Assembly (NCBI RefSeq): GCF_000306885.1
Contig: NC_018267.1
Coordinates: 150,001 to 182,000 of the forward strand
Direction of reading: 5' to 3'
DNA: 32,000 bases
From: Wolbachia endosymbiont of Onchocerca ochengi
GTDB lineage: Bacteria; Pseudomonadota; Alphaproteobacteria; Rickettsiales; Anaplasmataceae
Positions 22,997 through 32,000 of the stretch are shown piece after piece. Position numbers and translations under genes: made by a program. Every line of letters begins with the position of its first letter. The first letter of the stretch is position 1. The notes under the pieces were generated by a model. That model had not been told where the DNA came from. It saw only the letters and a list, made by a program, of their open reading frames with translations, and did no database searches.

Positions 22997-23607
22997 TATT
23001 CTCCTGTTTCTGTTTTAGATTCCTCAACATCACTATCAACAGTAGAAATTGTAACAACGGTAAAGTTTTCTTCCTCATGTGCTGCAAGCTTAACACCTTC
23101 TGGCAATTTTACATCACTTATATGTATAGACTGACCAATCATTTTATCAGATAAATCAACTTCTATAGCTTGAGGTATTCTATCTAGAGAACTTTTAACA
23201 GTGATAGAACGACATAAAATATTAAGTACCCCACCTAACTTGATTCCTGGAGATTTACTTTCATTCACAAACAATAAAGGTATATCTATTTTAACTTCGC
23301 CATCTTTATCAACAAATTGAAAATCAACATGCTGTATAGTATCCTTCACCATATGCCATTGAATACTACGAACAAGAGCATATTCTTTTTTACCTGAGAT
23401 ATTTAATTCTATCACATGTGCAGAAAGAGACCCTAATTTGTATTTCTTCGTGAATTCCTTTGTAGACAATGTCAAATTTACATTATCATGCCCTTTACCA
23501 TATATAACTGCAGGTATGTACCCTTTCTCTCTCAGAGAATACATTGCCTTTGTTTTTGTTACATCACGTAATTCTGCATTAATTGTTACTATTTCCTGTT
23601 GTGCCAT
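22996..23607 (-). CDS. rplY: 50S ribosomal protein L25/Ctc family
   Basis: LREKGYIPAVIYGKG, VRSIQWHMVKDTIQHVDFQFV, GVLNILCRSITVKSSLDRIPQAIEVDLSDKMIGQSIHISDVKLPEGV. Confidence 0.95.
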   Translation of the reverse strand: MAQQEIVTINAELRDVTKTKAMYSLREKGYIPAVIYGKGHDNVNLTLSTKEFTKKYKLGSLSAHVIELNISGKKEYALVRSIQWHMVKDTIQHVDFQFVDKDGEVKIDIPLLFVNESKSPGIKLGGVLNILCRSITVKSSLDRIPQAIEVDLSDKMIGQSIHISDVKLPEGVKLAAHEEENFTVVTISTVDSDVEESKTETGE

Positions 23608-24780
23608 CAGTTACTCCTACTTAGCCAAAGTCCTTCTAGAATAATTTAATAGTATAACATAAAAATATTTATTTTTAACTCTATTCTCACCTTTACCCAC
23701 TGAATGTCTAAAATTATTAGAATATTTATAAATATGGGCAAAAAAGCAAAAATCTACCAAGAACAATGCTAATTATTGTAATATATTTCTCAAAAAACAC
23801 TCAGAAAACGCTGTTCAATAGTAAACTTAACCATATATAAATACATCAATCAACCATAAACTAGCAACTAACAAAAAAAGAGGTATCTTTTTGATCATAA
23901 CTGGACCTTAATTTAAAATTAGGTCAAACAAAGTAACTTAAGAATAAACTTAAAGGAATAGATGAAATACATGTTATAGACTTAATGCCCTAAATACGAT
24001 CCTTATTAAAAAGAAGCTGACTAATAATAAGAAAGACAAATAAAAAAGACATAAAATTCAAGATTATTTTCACGACACATACAGCAAAGAATTTAAGGAA
24101 AGAACATTCTTCGATCGAGAGGTTGATACCTTTCAGTACTATTGAAGCTTATCGCACATTATGTGAGCAAAAGGAACCTTAAATAGAAGAAGAAATAATT
24201 TACACATAGATTTTAATTCTCTTAAGAAGACCAGCAACAATAAGTATCAAAGAGAGTAGAGGAAAAAACTTTATGCAAGGAATGACGAGCAGAAAGCATA
24301 GAAAGAAGCGGTATAAAACTTACATGATAGAATTTTTGGAAAATAAAAATAGGTAAGACATAATTATCGTTATAGATTCACTTTATTGAAAAAATTTGTG
24401 ATGAGCATAAATAGAGTATATCTTACCTAACCAAGATAAAATAAAAGCAAGATTTGAAGAAAAGCTAGGCAAAGAGAAAATTAAGGCACTAATTCAAGTT
24501 AGATTCAATAGAGAAAGCACAATATTATATAGTATTCATACTCTATTATAAGCCTGACAAACCATATCTTTCTGAGCAGAATACACTACCTATTTTACCT
24601 TTAATTGTAAATTAAGAGATATGTTTAAATTACATGATATTAACTTTATTAAAAATTAAGATGAAGTACTTCTTGGACCAAAAAATAGATAATTAATAAT
24701 CGAAGAGTTAGCCATAATGATGTTCTTAATGCAAAAATATTTATATTTCATAGACAGCTAGTTTAATAATAATTAAACCA

Positions 24781-24822
24781 TTGAGAATGTAAAATTCTAA
24801 TATATTAATATAGCCAAGGGGG
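24781..24822 (+). promoter_or_regulatory. Candidate promoter and ribosome-binding site for the 154-aa ORF
   Basis: TTGAGA (24781-24786), 16-bp spacer, TATTAA (24803-24808), and strong AAGGGGG Shine-Dalgarno at 24816-24822 6 nt before the ATG. Sequence-only prediction. Confidence 0.35.
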
Positions 24823-24828
24823 TTAAAA

Positions 24829-25293
24829 ATGTCAACAAATTGGCTTCATAATTTGTTATTCGGTTCTAATGAATCGAAAATAGAAGCACTAAAAAAGGCT
24901 CAAAAAATTGATGCTAAGCAGTTTGAAGAAATATTCATTACATTAAAAGAAAAGATCGGCACTGAACAGTTTCAACTTATGCAAAATCACTTAAATGAAC
25001 TACAAGAAAAAGTAGAAACTCTCACAGAAACAGTAGTAAATCAAGAAAAAATAATGCTAACCTGTTGCATCGTAGCCAGCATTATTGCTTTAGCGGCAAT
25101 TAGTTTTATCTGCTTCTGTATCTATCAAGGAATAAAGAATGAAAAGGGGAAACAAAGAAGCTTATCTCAGAGTGCGCCAACCGAGAAACTGATTAACTTA
25201 CGTAAACCAAACCCAAACATGAAACTTAATGTAGATATTAGTAGCACTAAAAAACTACTGAAAGGTCGAGAATTAATGGCAATATATAAATAA
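24829..25293 (+). CDS. Hypothetical single-TM membrane protein with N-terminal coiled-coil-like segment and basic C-terminal tail
   Basis: FEEIFITLKEKIGTEQFQLMQNHLNELQEKVETLTETVVNQEK (helical/coiled-coil character), IMLTCCIVASIIALAAISFICFCIYQGI (TM), then a basic tail; strong SD. Confidence 0.75.
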   Translation: MSTNWLHNLLFGSNESKIEALKKAQKIDAKQFEEIFITLKEKIGTEQFQLMQNHLNELQEKVETLTETVVNQEKIMLTCCIVASIIALAAISFICFCIYQGIKNEKGKQRSLSQSAPTEKLINLRKPNPNMKLNVDISSTKKLLKGRELMAIYK

Positions 25294-25308
25294 CACTTTT
25301 TCCTAAGA

Positions 25309-25333
25309 AGGTGTTACATACCCTGTAACACCT
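25309..25333 (+). terminator. Hairpin just downstream of the 154-aa ORF (perfect 10-bp stem, 5-nt loop, no clear U-run)
   Basis: aggtgttaca - taccc - tgtaacacct. Confidence 0.5.
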
Positions 25334-25374
25334 CGTACTTTAATGGAAAAGTACCCAATAAACTATTTTATTTT

Positions 25375-26520
25375 TTAATCATTTGTTCTCTTCTTTGTTA
25401 TCACAAGTCTTTTCTTCAGCACATTTTCAACTACAATACTAACTACCATAATTACAGACTCATCATGAACACTAAGCGATGTAATTAATGAACCATTCGC
25501 ACTAACAAAACAATTACTTAATATTCGTTTTATGTTTTTTCCTCCCATTACAGTTGCAAAAACATACAACACCTATATCACTTGCTTTTACTTTATGAAA
25601 TTCCCCACGATTACATTATCACCAATCATTGTACATTCATACTTAGTAAATGAGCCAATTCTAATACCGGACCCTATTTTTACTCAAGAATCAAAAAAAC
25701 TTATAGATAAATAATCAAAATTTATACTAATTTAAGTCTCAAAAAAACAGTCTCTGGAACAACAAGCATTACTCCTGAACCAATAAAGAATTTTCTTTAA
25801 CTTTCTTAAAAGTAAAACTCACCTTTTACAAGGTCACTTCTATCACTTATACTAATTGCTTCTTCCTCATCAACAGTAACATAACCGATATTTAAATTAC
25901 TCTTTATTGTAATGAAAATTGTATCAGTTAAATAATACTCATGAGTCAATTTATTACACTCTATTTTCCATCAAGTTAAGTAAATCTTTCATATGTGCAA
26001 CCATCATTCCAACACTCACAAAAAATTCTTCACTACTATTTTCGCCATTTTGTGCTTCTACGATTTCTCTCAAGAAATCATTCTCAACAACTAATCTACC
26101 ATACCTCTTATCGCTAGTTTTAAAACCAAAATAAACCAGAACCTTACCTTCTCTAAGCAACTAACCATTTCAGTTATCGTGCCACTTTTTATAAACGGAG
26201 TACCTCCATACTACACAATAACTATACTTGAACCTATAACTCTCTCAGGCCTCTTACCACAGTTCTGACCGCATCCCCTGTATCAACAAAAACATTAGTT
26301 CTTGTATAATTAACTGTACATCCTTAAAAAACCACAACCTTTTAATTAAAGATAAATCACCTACAATAGATATATATTCCAAGATTTAACCGTTTCGCAT
26401 TATAAGTAATATATTTGGCATGGAAAATTACCTATTTTATGTAGGACTTTAGACAAGTTTAAATTCATACACTTGTTCATACCCCGTGAGTATAACAAAT
26501 GCGTAAGTTTTGTTCTTCAC
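25375..26520 (-). pseudogene. glmU: Degraded bifunctional UDP-N-acetylglucosamine pyrophosphorylase/glucosamine-1-phosphate acetyltransferase gene
   Basis: Minus-strand fragments in GlmU order across frames: KNKTYAFVILT; LSKVLHKIGNFP; GDAVRTVVRGLREL; GTPFIKSGTITEMVSCLE; YGRLVVENDFLREIVEAQNGENSSEEFFVSVGMM; EYYLTDTIFITIKSNLNIGYVTVDEEE; GVMLVVPETVFLR; KIGSGIRIGSFTKYECTMIGDNVIVGNFIK; FCNCNGRKKHKTNISNCFVSANGS; SLSVHDESVIMVVSIVVENVLKKRLVITKKR. Confidence 0.93.
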
Positions 26521-27564
26521 TTATCTTAAAGATGAAAAATGAAAACCATAGTGGTCAAGCCAGCTAATTCTATTACTATAAAAGCTTCTTAGGTCACCAA
26601 TTTGATATTTTAGCATTGCAAGCCTTTCTATACCCATGCCAAACGCAAAACCACTATATCTACTATAGTCTATTCCAACATTTCGAAAGATGTTTGGATG
26701 TACCATACCACATCCAAGTACCTCGATCCACTTACTATCCCTATAACTTATATCCACCTCTGCAGAAGGCTCAGTAAAAGGAAAAAAACTACTACGAAAA
26801 CGTATCTTTAACCCTGTATCTCCAAAGAACCTATTAAAGAAATAGTGAATAGTAAATTTTAGCTGGCCCATATTAACATTTTCATTTACATATAGTCCCT
26901 CTATCTGATGAAACATGGGAGTATGAGTTGCATCAAAATCATTTCTGTATACCCTACCTGCAGCTACTACTTTGATTGGGAAAGTTTTCGCCTTTTGCAT
27001 AGTTCTAATCTGCACAGACGAGGTATGAGTACGCAGCAACACTCTTCTGTTATCTACTTTATTCTTTAAGTAGAAAGTATCTTGCTCTTCACGTGCAGGA
27101 TGATAACTTGGAGTATTCAGCGCATCAAATACATAAAACTCATCCTCAATTTCAGGACCGTCTACTGCTCTAAAGCCCATATGTGCAAAAATGAGCTTTA
27201 CTTCGTTTATAACTTTACTGAGTGGATTAACTTTACCAATTTTCTCTGGCCTAACTGGTAATGTGATATCAACTGCTTCACTTTGCAGTTTTAAATTAAT
27301 TTCCTCGGCCTTTAATATATTTCCCTTATCTATTATAAGCTGATCTAACTTATTACGTAAGGAATTGACGGTCCTACCTAAATTACGCTTCTTTCCTATG
27401 TTTCCTATCTTCTTTAAATTACTAAAATACGCTTTAATTATACCCTTTTTCCCTAAATATAACAGCCTAACTTTTTCTAAATCTTCCAAAGAAGAAGCAC
27501 TTTCAATTTCGGACACAGCCTTATCTTCAAGCAAATGTACTTCATTCAATAGCTCTTTATTCAT
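26521..27564 (-). CDS. pheS: Phenylalanyl-tRNA synthetase alpha subunit
   Basis: HPAREEQDTFYL, LLRTHTSSVQIRTM, GRVYRNDFDATHTPMFHQIEGL, RSSFFPFTEPSAEVDI, WIEVLGCGMVHPN, GFAFGMGIERLAMLKYQIGDLRSFY. Confidence 0.98.
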   Translation of the reverse strand: MNKELLNEVHLLEDKAVSEIESASSLEDLEKVRLLYLGKKGIIKAYFSNLKKIGNIGKKRNLGRTVNSLRNKLDQLIIDKGNILKAEEINLKLQSEAVDITLPVRPEKIGKVNPLSKVINEVKLIFAHMGFRAVDGPEIEDEFYVFDALNTPSYHPAREEQDTFYLKNKVDNRRVLLRTHTSSVQIRTMQKAKTFPIKVVAAGRVYRNDFDATHTPMFHQIEGLYVNENVNMGQLKFTIHYFFNRFFGDTGLKIRFRSSFFPFTEPSAEVDISYRDSKWIEVLGCGMVHPNIFRNVGIDYSRYSGFAFGMGIERLAMLKYQIGDLRSFYSNRISWLDHYGFHFSSLR

Positions 27565-29987
27565 TCCGAAAATGCTAGCTTAAACCTTCATTATAGCAAA
27601 CTTACACAACACCAACAACTCAAAAAATTATCCTCATTTCGATTATTAATCTGCTGATTAATTATACTTTTTTATCTAATTTTATATTGAAAAACATACC
27701 GTACTACTATATTTAACAATAATATTAAACTAACGAAGAATACAAAGCAGATGATGATCTAAATTGTTTAAGGAGAAATATATAAAGACATAAGTAAAGC
27801 ATTCCATGATTAACTAATGGAAACCAGTACTACTTATTCAAGAAGCCTTATAAGCAACACACAGAAGTTTTCCATTTAAGCCAACAATATCGATGACAGC
27901 AGATCAAGGCATCCACGATACAATACTATTCAAATAAAACATTTAATCGACTTCTTTAAAATCTGCTTCTTCGAGGAAAAACTTTCATAGCTAACACAAA
28001 AGTACCAAAAGAAAGCAGTGAATTATATAACGACCACTATAAAACCGTGTAAGGATTCATTAGTAACGATCTACTCAAAATCCTTCTACGTAAATACTAA
28101 TTACACTATAAGTAAACACTAAAGACACTAACTTAGTAAGTTGCACCAAATTTAGCTATTCTTAAATTAAGAGCCAGAACATGTAGAAAAAACTGAAAGC
28201 AAATAGCAAAGTTAAGTTATAGCACAAGCAGAAAAAACTAAAAACAAAGAAAAACAGGATATAGTTCAAAAAGAAACCACATGAGATAAATAAATTGCAT
28301 CAATTAAAAATTCTTTTAGCTATAATAAAGCACAAGTTACATATCACCCAGCAATTATTGTAGCAATAATAAAAATGCTTCTTGGATTAGTTTTTTCTTA
28401 CTCACTAGACTTTCTTAATAAAACGTAGTCCTTCTTTTTACACCTACCGGAACTTTCTACATAAAAAAAGGCTTCGACTCGTCACTTAATATCTCAAAAC
28501 CAAAAACGTGCAAAGAATAATCAAGTAACCAGATCACACATAGAGTATATTAAGGCCAACAAAAAAAAATCAAGAAAGTAGACAGAAAAAGAAAGATAAT
28601 CTACTAAAATAAGCTAAAATTAATATCAGGTCAGCTACCGTAAATAATCTAACTGAGCACAAGAAAAAATTTTGATGAGACATTTACTAAAGTAGTCAGC
28701 AAATACCTGAAGACCAAGAAACATTTTGCAATACTATCAACTAAGAGTTTAACATTGTTTATTTTCAAAATAAACAATTACATGAAATATTAGAAATACT
28801 ACAACCAATTAGTAAGTCTTCTACTCCAAAAGAATATTTATAAAAGTAATTACATAGAAAAAAAAAGAGCGATTGCTTAAATTAAGCTCAGATATTCATA
28901 TACAACAATCTCTTCCACACCTAAAAACATTTTTCATAAAAATGGGAACTATGTACCAAACAAGCTGCAGATCCCTAAGCTGAACAAAGCTCTAGCAGCT
29001 AATACTATTTTCAAATCACTGTTTAAACTGTATTTTCCCCAAAAAAAACACTTCGTCTATTCTTGATAGCGTCCTTTATATCAATATTCTGCCTACAGGC
29101 ATTTGCTACTTGGAAAAGCATCAATCTTTAAAGGATCAGTGCCATCAGAAAAAAGAGAAATATTAGGTTAGCATTGAACATAAAGTTACTAATAACAATC
29201 ATACTATGTATTTTGATTCGGTTTATTTTATATATTCTAAATATTTGGTAAAATCTACCGAACAAATAAGCCAAAACAAGTTTACTTCATCCACTTAGAA
29301 AAATAGAAACAAGTTGTTTTAAAGAACTTCGTGTGATAAATAATTTCGTTTTTGCTATATGTTTAAAGGAATCATTACAGTATTGGAGCTATAATTAATA
29401 TTACCTTCTACTCCAACTCTGATCAAGTTTTCTACATTAAGGCACAAAACTTACCTTCTATATATAAAGGAGATCCAATAGCCTGTTCCAGTGTATGTTT
29501 AACTAATGTTAACAATCAATAATATATTCACAGCTCAAGCATCTCAAGAAACTATGAAAGTTTCTAATCTCAACACGTGAAAAGTAAGAGAAAATAAACC
29601 TAAAGCAAGCAACAATAAAATTAAGCGATAGGAGATTGATAACCACTTAGTTCAAGGTTATCTAGATAATAATAGTATAAATTTTAACAATTAGTAAAAA
29701 TTTAGGTTCCCATGAAATCAAGTTATCATGCCCAGAAGAATTATTAAATTCGTTGCAAAATAGTTTCCCTTACAGTAAACTCAATTATTACCAAGAAATT
29801 TACAGTAAACACTATTCTCTATAAATGGGAAAATATAACTTTACAGTATAATAAAGTAAATAATAGCTTAAACTTAGAAGTTAACATGATTACTCAATAT
29901 TTATATCAGCCGGCTCAGTATAAATACAATTAATTTTACAACCTTAGTATTTACAACTATTATACTTGCGAAGCACAAATATATAGT

Positions 29988-30578
29988 ATGCTTTTTGATT
30001 GCTTAATTATCTTCATTATTATTTTATGTATAACAATCTCAATAACTAGGGGCTTTATAAAAGAGTTATGTGCGTTAATATTTTTATCCTCATCAATCTT
30101 TTTAACAATTAATCATTATGACTTCTTCACTATAAATTACAGTAAATATTTTGATTCTAAAGCTATACAGAATATACTTTCCATAGTTTCTGTATTTATT
30201 ATACTTAACTTCATATTTATGGTAATAAACAACTGGCTGATGTACATATTATCACCTATAAGGCTAGGGTTAATCGACAGAGTTACTGGGATCTGTATTG
30301 GAACACTTAGAGGAATACTGCTTTCCCACATATTATTCTTCGTTGTACACTTATATTGCTATATAGCATATGACAAAAAAGAGGAAAAATCAAAAATAGA
30401 GACAGAAGAAATATTACCCAATTGGATAATAAGATCGCACTCTTATCAAGCTCTATTTGTAACAATAGAAAACATAGTTGATATGTATATACCAGAGTCA
30501 TTGATACTAAAAATCAAAGAAATTGGAGAAGAAATGACTGATCAAGAAAAGTCTAAAAGTAATAAGAAAGAAAAGTAA
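29988..30578 (+). CDS. CvpA-family membrane protein
   Basis: Four hydrophobic segments with G(F)IKEL near the N-terminus and IDRVTGICIGTLRGILLSHILFF, the CvpA core signature. Confidence 0.8.
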   Translation: MLFDCLIIFIIILCITISITRGFIKELCALIFLSSSIFLTINHYDFFTINYSKYFDSKAIQNILSIVSVFIILNFIFMVINNWLMYILSPIRLGLIDRVTGICIGTLRGILLSHILFFVVHLYCYIAYDKKEEKSKIETEEILPNWIIRSHSYQALFVTIENIVDMYIPESLILKIKEIGEEMTDQEKSKSNKKEK

Positions 30579-30734
30579 TAATCATATCTATGAAGCAATA
30601 ATCGATGCTATTTATTTAGCAGCAATTTTTTTTGATCAACATAATTAGCCTCCAGCTCACTAGCAGTCTTTTCCTATTATGAGTTAAACTAAAAATCTCG
30701 TAATATATTAAAGCTCAAAGAAATATCTTTTAAT

Positions 30735-31184
30735 ATGGAAGTTATTACAGAAAATAGAAAAGCAAAGTTTGAATATTTTATCTTAGAAGAATTTGAAGCA
30801 GGCATGGTTTTGTTAAGTAGTGAAGTTAAATCGCTAAGGGAAAGAAAAGTAAACATTTCTGACGCTTACGTCATTGAAAAAAATGGTGAAATATGGCTAC
30901 ACAACATGCATATTGCAGAATATAAAGACGCAAACCGAAAAAATCATAAGACAAAAAGAGAACGTAAACTGCTTCTGCACAAAAAAGAGATAAATAAATT
31001 AATTAGCCAGATTAAGACTGCTGGAATAACTGTTATACCAATTTCAATTTATTTTAATTGTAAAGGATTAGCAAAAACTAAAATTGCTATCGTGAAAGGA
31101 AAAAAACTTTACGACAAGAGAGTAACCATAAAACAAAGAGAATGGAATCGTGAAAAAAGCAGATTGTTTAAAAATAACTTGTAG
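30735..31184 (+). CDS. smpB: SsrA-binding protein
   Basis: NRKAKFEYFILEEFEAGMVLLSSEVKSLRERKVNISDAYV, HNMHIAEY, RKLLLHKKEI, KGKKLYDKR. Confidence 0.97.
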   Translation: MEVITENRKAKFEYFILEEFEAGMVLLSSEVKSLRERKVNISDAYVIEKNGEIWLHNMHIAEYKDANRKNHKTKRERKLLLHKKEINKLISQIKTAGITVIPISIYFNCKGLAKTKIAIVKGKKLYDKRVTIKQREWNREKSRLFKNNL

Positions 31185-31190
31185 CAAAAT

Positions 31191-31979
31191 ATGTCTTTAA
31201 ACCCAGTAATTTTCAGAATTGGTTCTATCTCTATATATTGGTATTCTCTAGCATATGTTCTTGGTATAGTATTTGCACACTGGTATTTATATAAGCTAGA
31301 TAACCAAAAGGTATTTACCAAAAACTTTCACAACTCATTATTAACAGCAACTATCATAGGAGTTATCCTTGGAGGAAGGCTTGGTTACATATTGATATAT
31401 GATTTAAGTTATTATGTAAGCAACCCTATTGAGATATTAAAAACCTGGAAAGGAGGTATGTCGTTCCACGGTGGTGCCATAGGAGTTTTTCTTGCGGTAA
31501 TAATTTTGTGTAAAAGATATAACATTCCCATATTTTATACATTGGATCTAATTTCCTGCGGAGTCCCTGTAGGTTTATTTTTAGGTCGTATAGGCAATTT
31601 TATAAATGGAGAGCTATTTGGCAGAACTACGACTATACCATGGGGTATAATATTTCCAGAAAGCGATAATTTACCGCGTCATCCGAGCCAAATTTATGAG
31701 GCATTTTTTGAAGGATTACTGCTTTTCATAGCTATGAATCTACTGTTTTTCTTGACTAGAATAAGACTATATTGTGGTGTGTTAACTAGCATCGCAGCTA
31801 TGTGGTACGGAATAGCACGTTTTATAGTTGAGTTTTTCCGTGAGCCAGATTATCAAGTCGGCTACTTATGGCTTGGTTTAACCATGGGACAGTTACTTTC
31901 AGTACCCATGATTTTGCTGGGAACAATCTTACTTTTGAGTGCGCTAAATTTGAAATTTACGAGCATAGAAAAAAGGTAA
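31191..31979 (+). CDS. lgt: Prolipoprotein diacylglyceryl transferase
   Basis: GGRLGYILIYD, WKGGMSFHGGAIGV, GLFLGRIGNFINGELFGR, RHPSQIYEAFFEG. Confidence 0.97.
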   Translation: MSLNPVIFRIGSISIYWYSLAYVLGIVFAHWYLYKLDNQKVFTKNFHNSLLTATIIGVILGGRLGYILIYDLSYYVSNPIEILKTWKGGMSFHGGAIGVFLAVIILCKRYNIPIFYTLDLISCGVPVGLFLGRIGNFINGELFGRTTTIPWGIIFPESDNLPRHPSQIYEAFFEGLLLFIAMNLLFFLTRIRLYCGVLTSIAAMWYGIARFIVEFFREPDYQVGYLWLGLTMGQLLSVPMILLGTILLLSALNLKFTSIEKR

Positions 31980-32000
31980 ACTTGACTAGAAAACATTTTC

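Noticed and set aside
24030-24600. Possible decayed IS481/integrase-core transposase (IERSGIKLT ... YRYRFT ... KICDEHK ... ILPNQDKIKARFEE)
   Set aside because: Superficial resemblance to DNG...YxSxxF...C...PQTNGKxERF, but no DNG motif, spacing is wrong, and no terminal inverted repeats were seen; not reported as a feature.
25375-25572. Minus-strand 65-aa ORF as a stand-alone hypothetical protein
   Set aside because: Its sequence is the GlmU C-terminal beta-helix/tail; it is a fragment of the pseudogene, not an independent gene.
25532-26134. Plus-strand ORFs 25532-25714 and 25919-26134 as genes
   Set aside because: They are antisense to recognisable minus-strand glmU fragments and show no family signature of their own.

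Overview
AT-rich chromosomal window that looks like an obligate intracellular Anaplasmataceae genome, most likely Ehrlichia-like (inference from protein character and long non-coding gaps). Supported genes: rpoC 3' end, map, a DEAD-box helicase, a cold-shock protein, pmbA/tldE, atpG, mutL, purE, an XRE-family regulator, rpoZ, a partial Mrp/Mnh-type antiporter cluster (F, G, A-C-terminal/DUF4040, B, C), rpoD, a large AsmA-family protein, tRNA-His(GTG), pth, rplY, an orphan single-TM protein, pheS, a CvpA-family protein, smpB and lgt. No CRISPR array, intact mobile element, or convincing new defence or effector system was found. The main discovery is hidden in 'intergenic' DNA. Reading across frames recovers a heavily decayed murJ/mviN gene (about 20222-21274, minus, with a large internal deletion), a nearly end-to-end decayed glmU gene (about 25375-26520, minus), and a probable radC relic after map (about 3120-3510, plus). 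The DEAD-box helicase also carries an in-frame TGA exactly inside conserved motif VI, with the homologous C-terminal tail still readable beyond it. MurJ (lipid II flippase) and GlmU (UDP-GlcNAc synthesis) belong to the same cell-envelope pathway, so the window looks like a snapshot of peptidoglycan/amino-sugar pathway erosion. Other items: a perfect 16-bp inverted repeat upstream of the XRE regulator, a diverged ~125-bp repeat shared by the regions downstream of rpoC and rpoD, and an isolated membrane-protein gene with its own inverted repeats.
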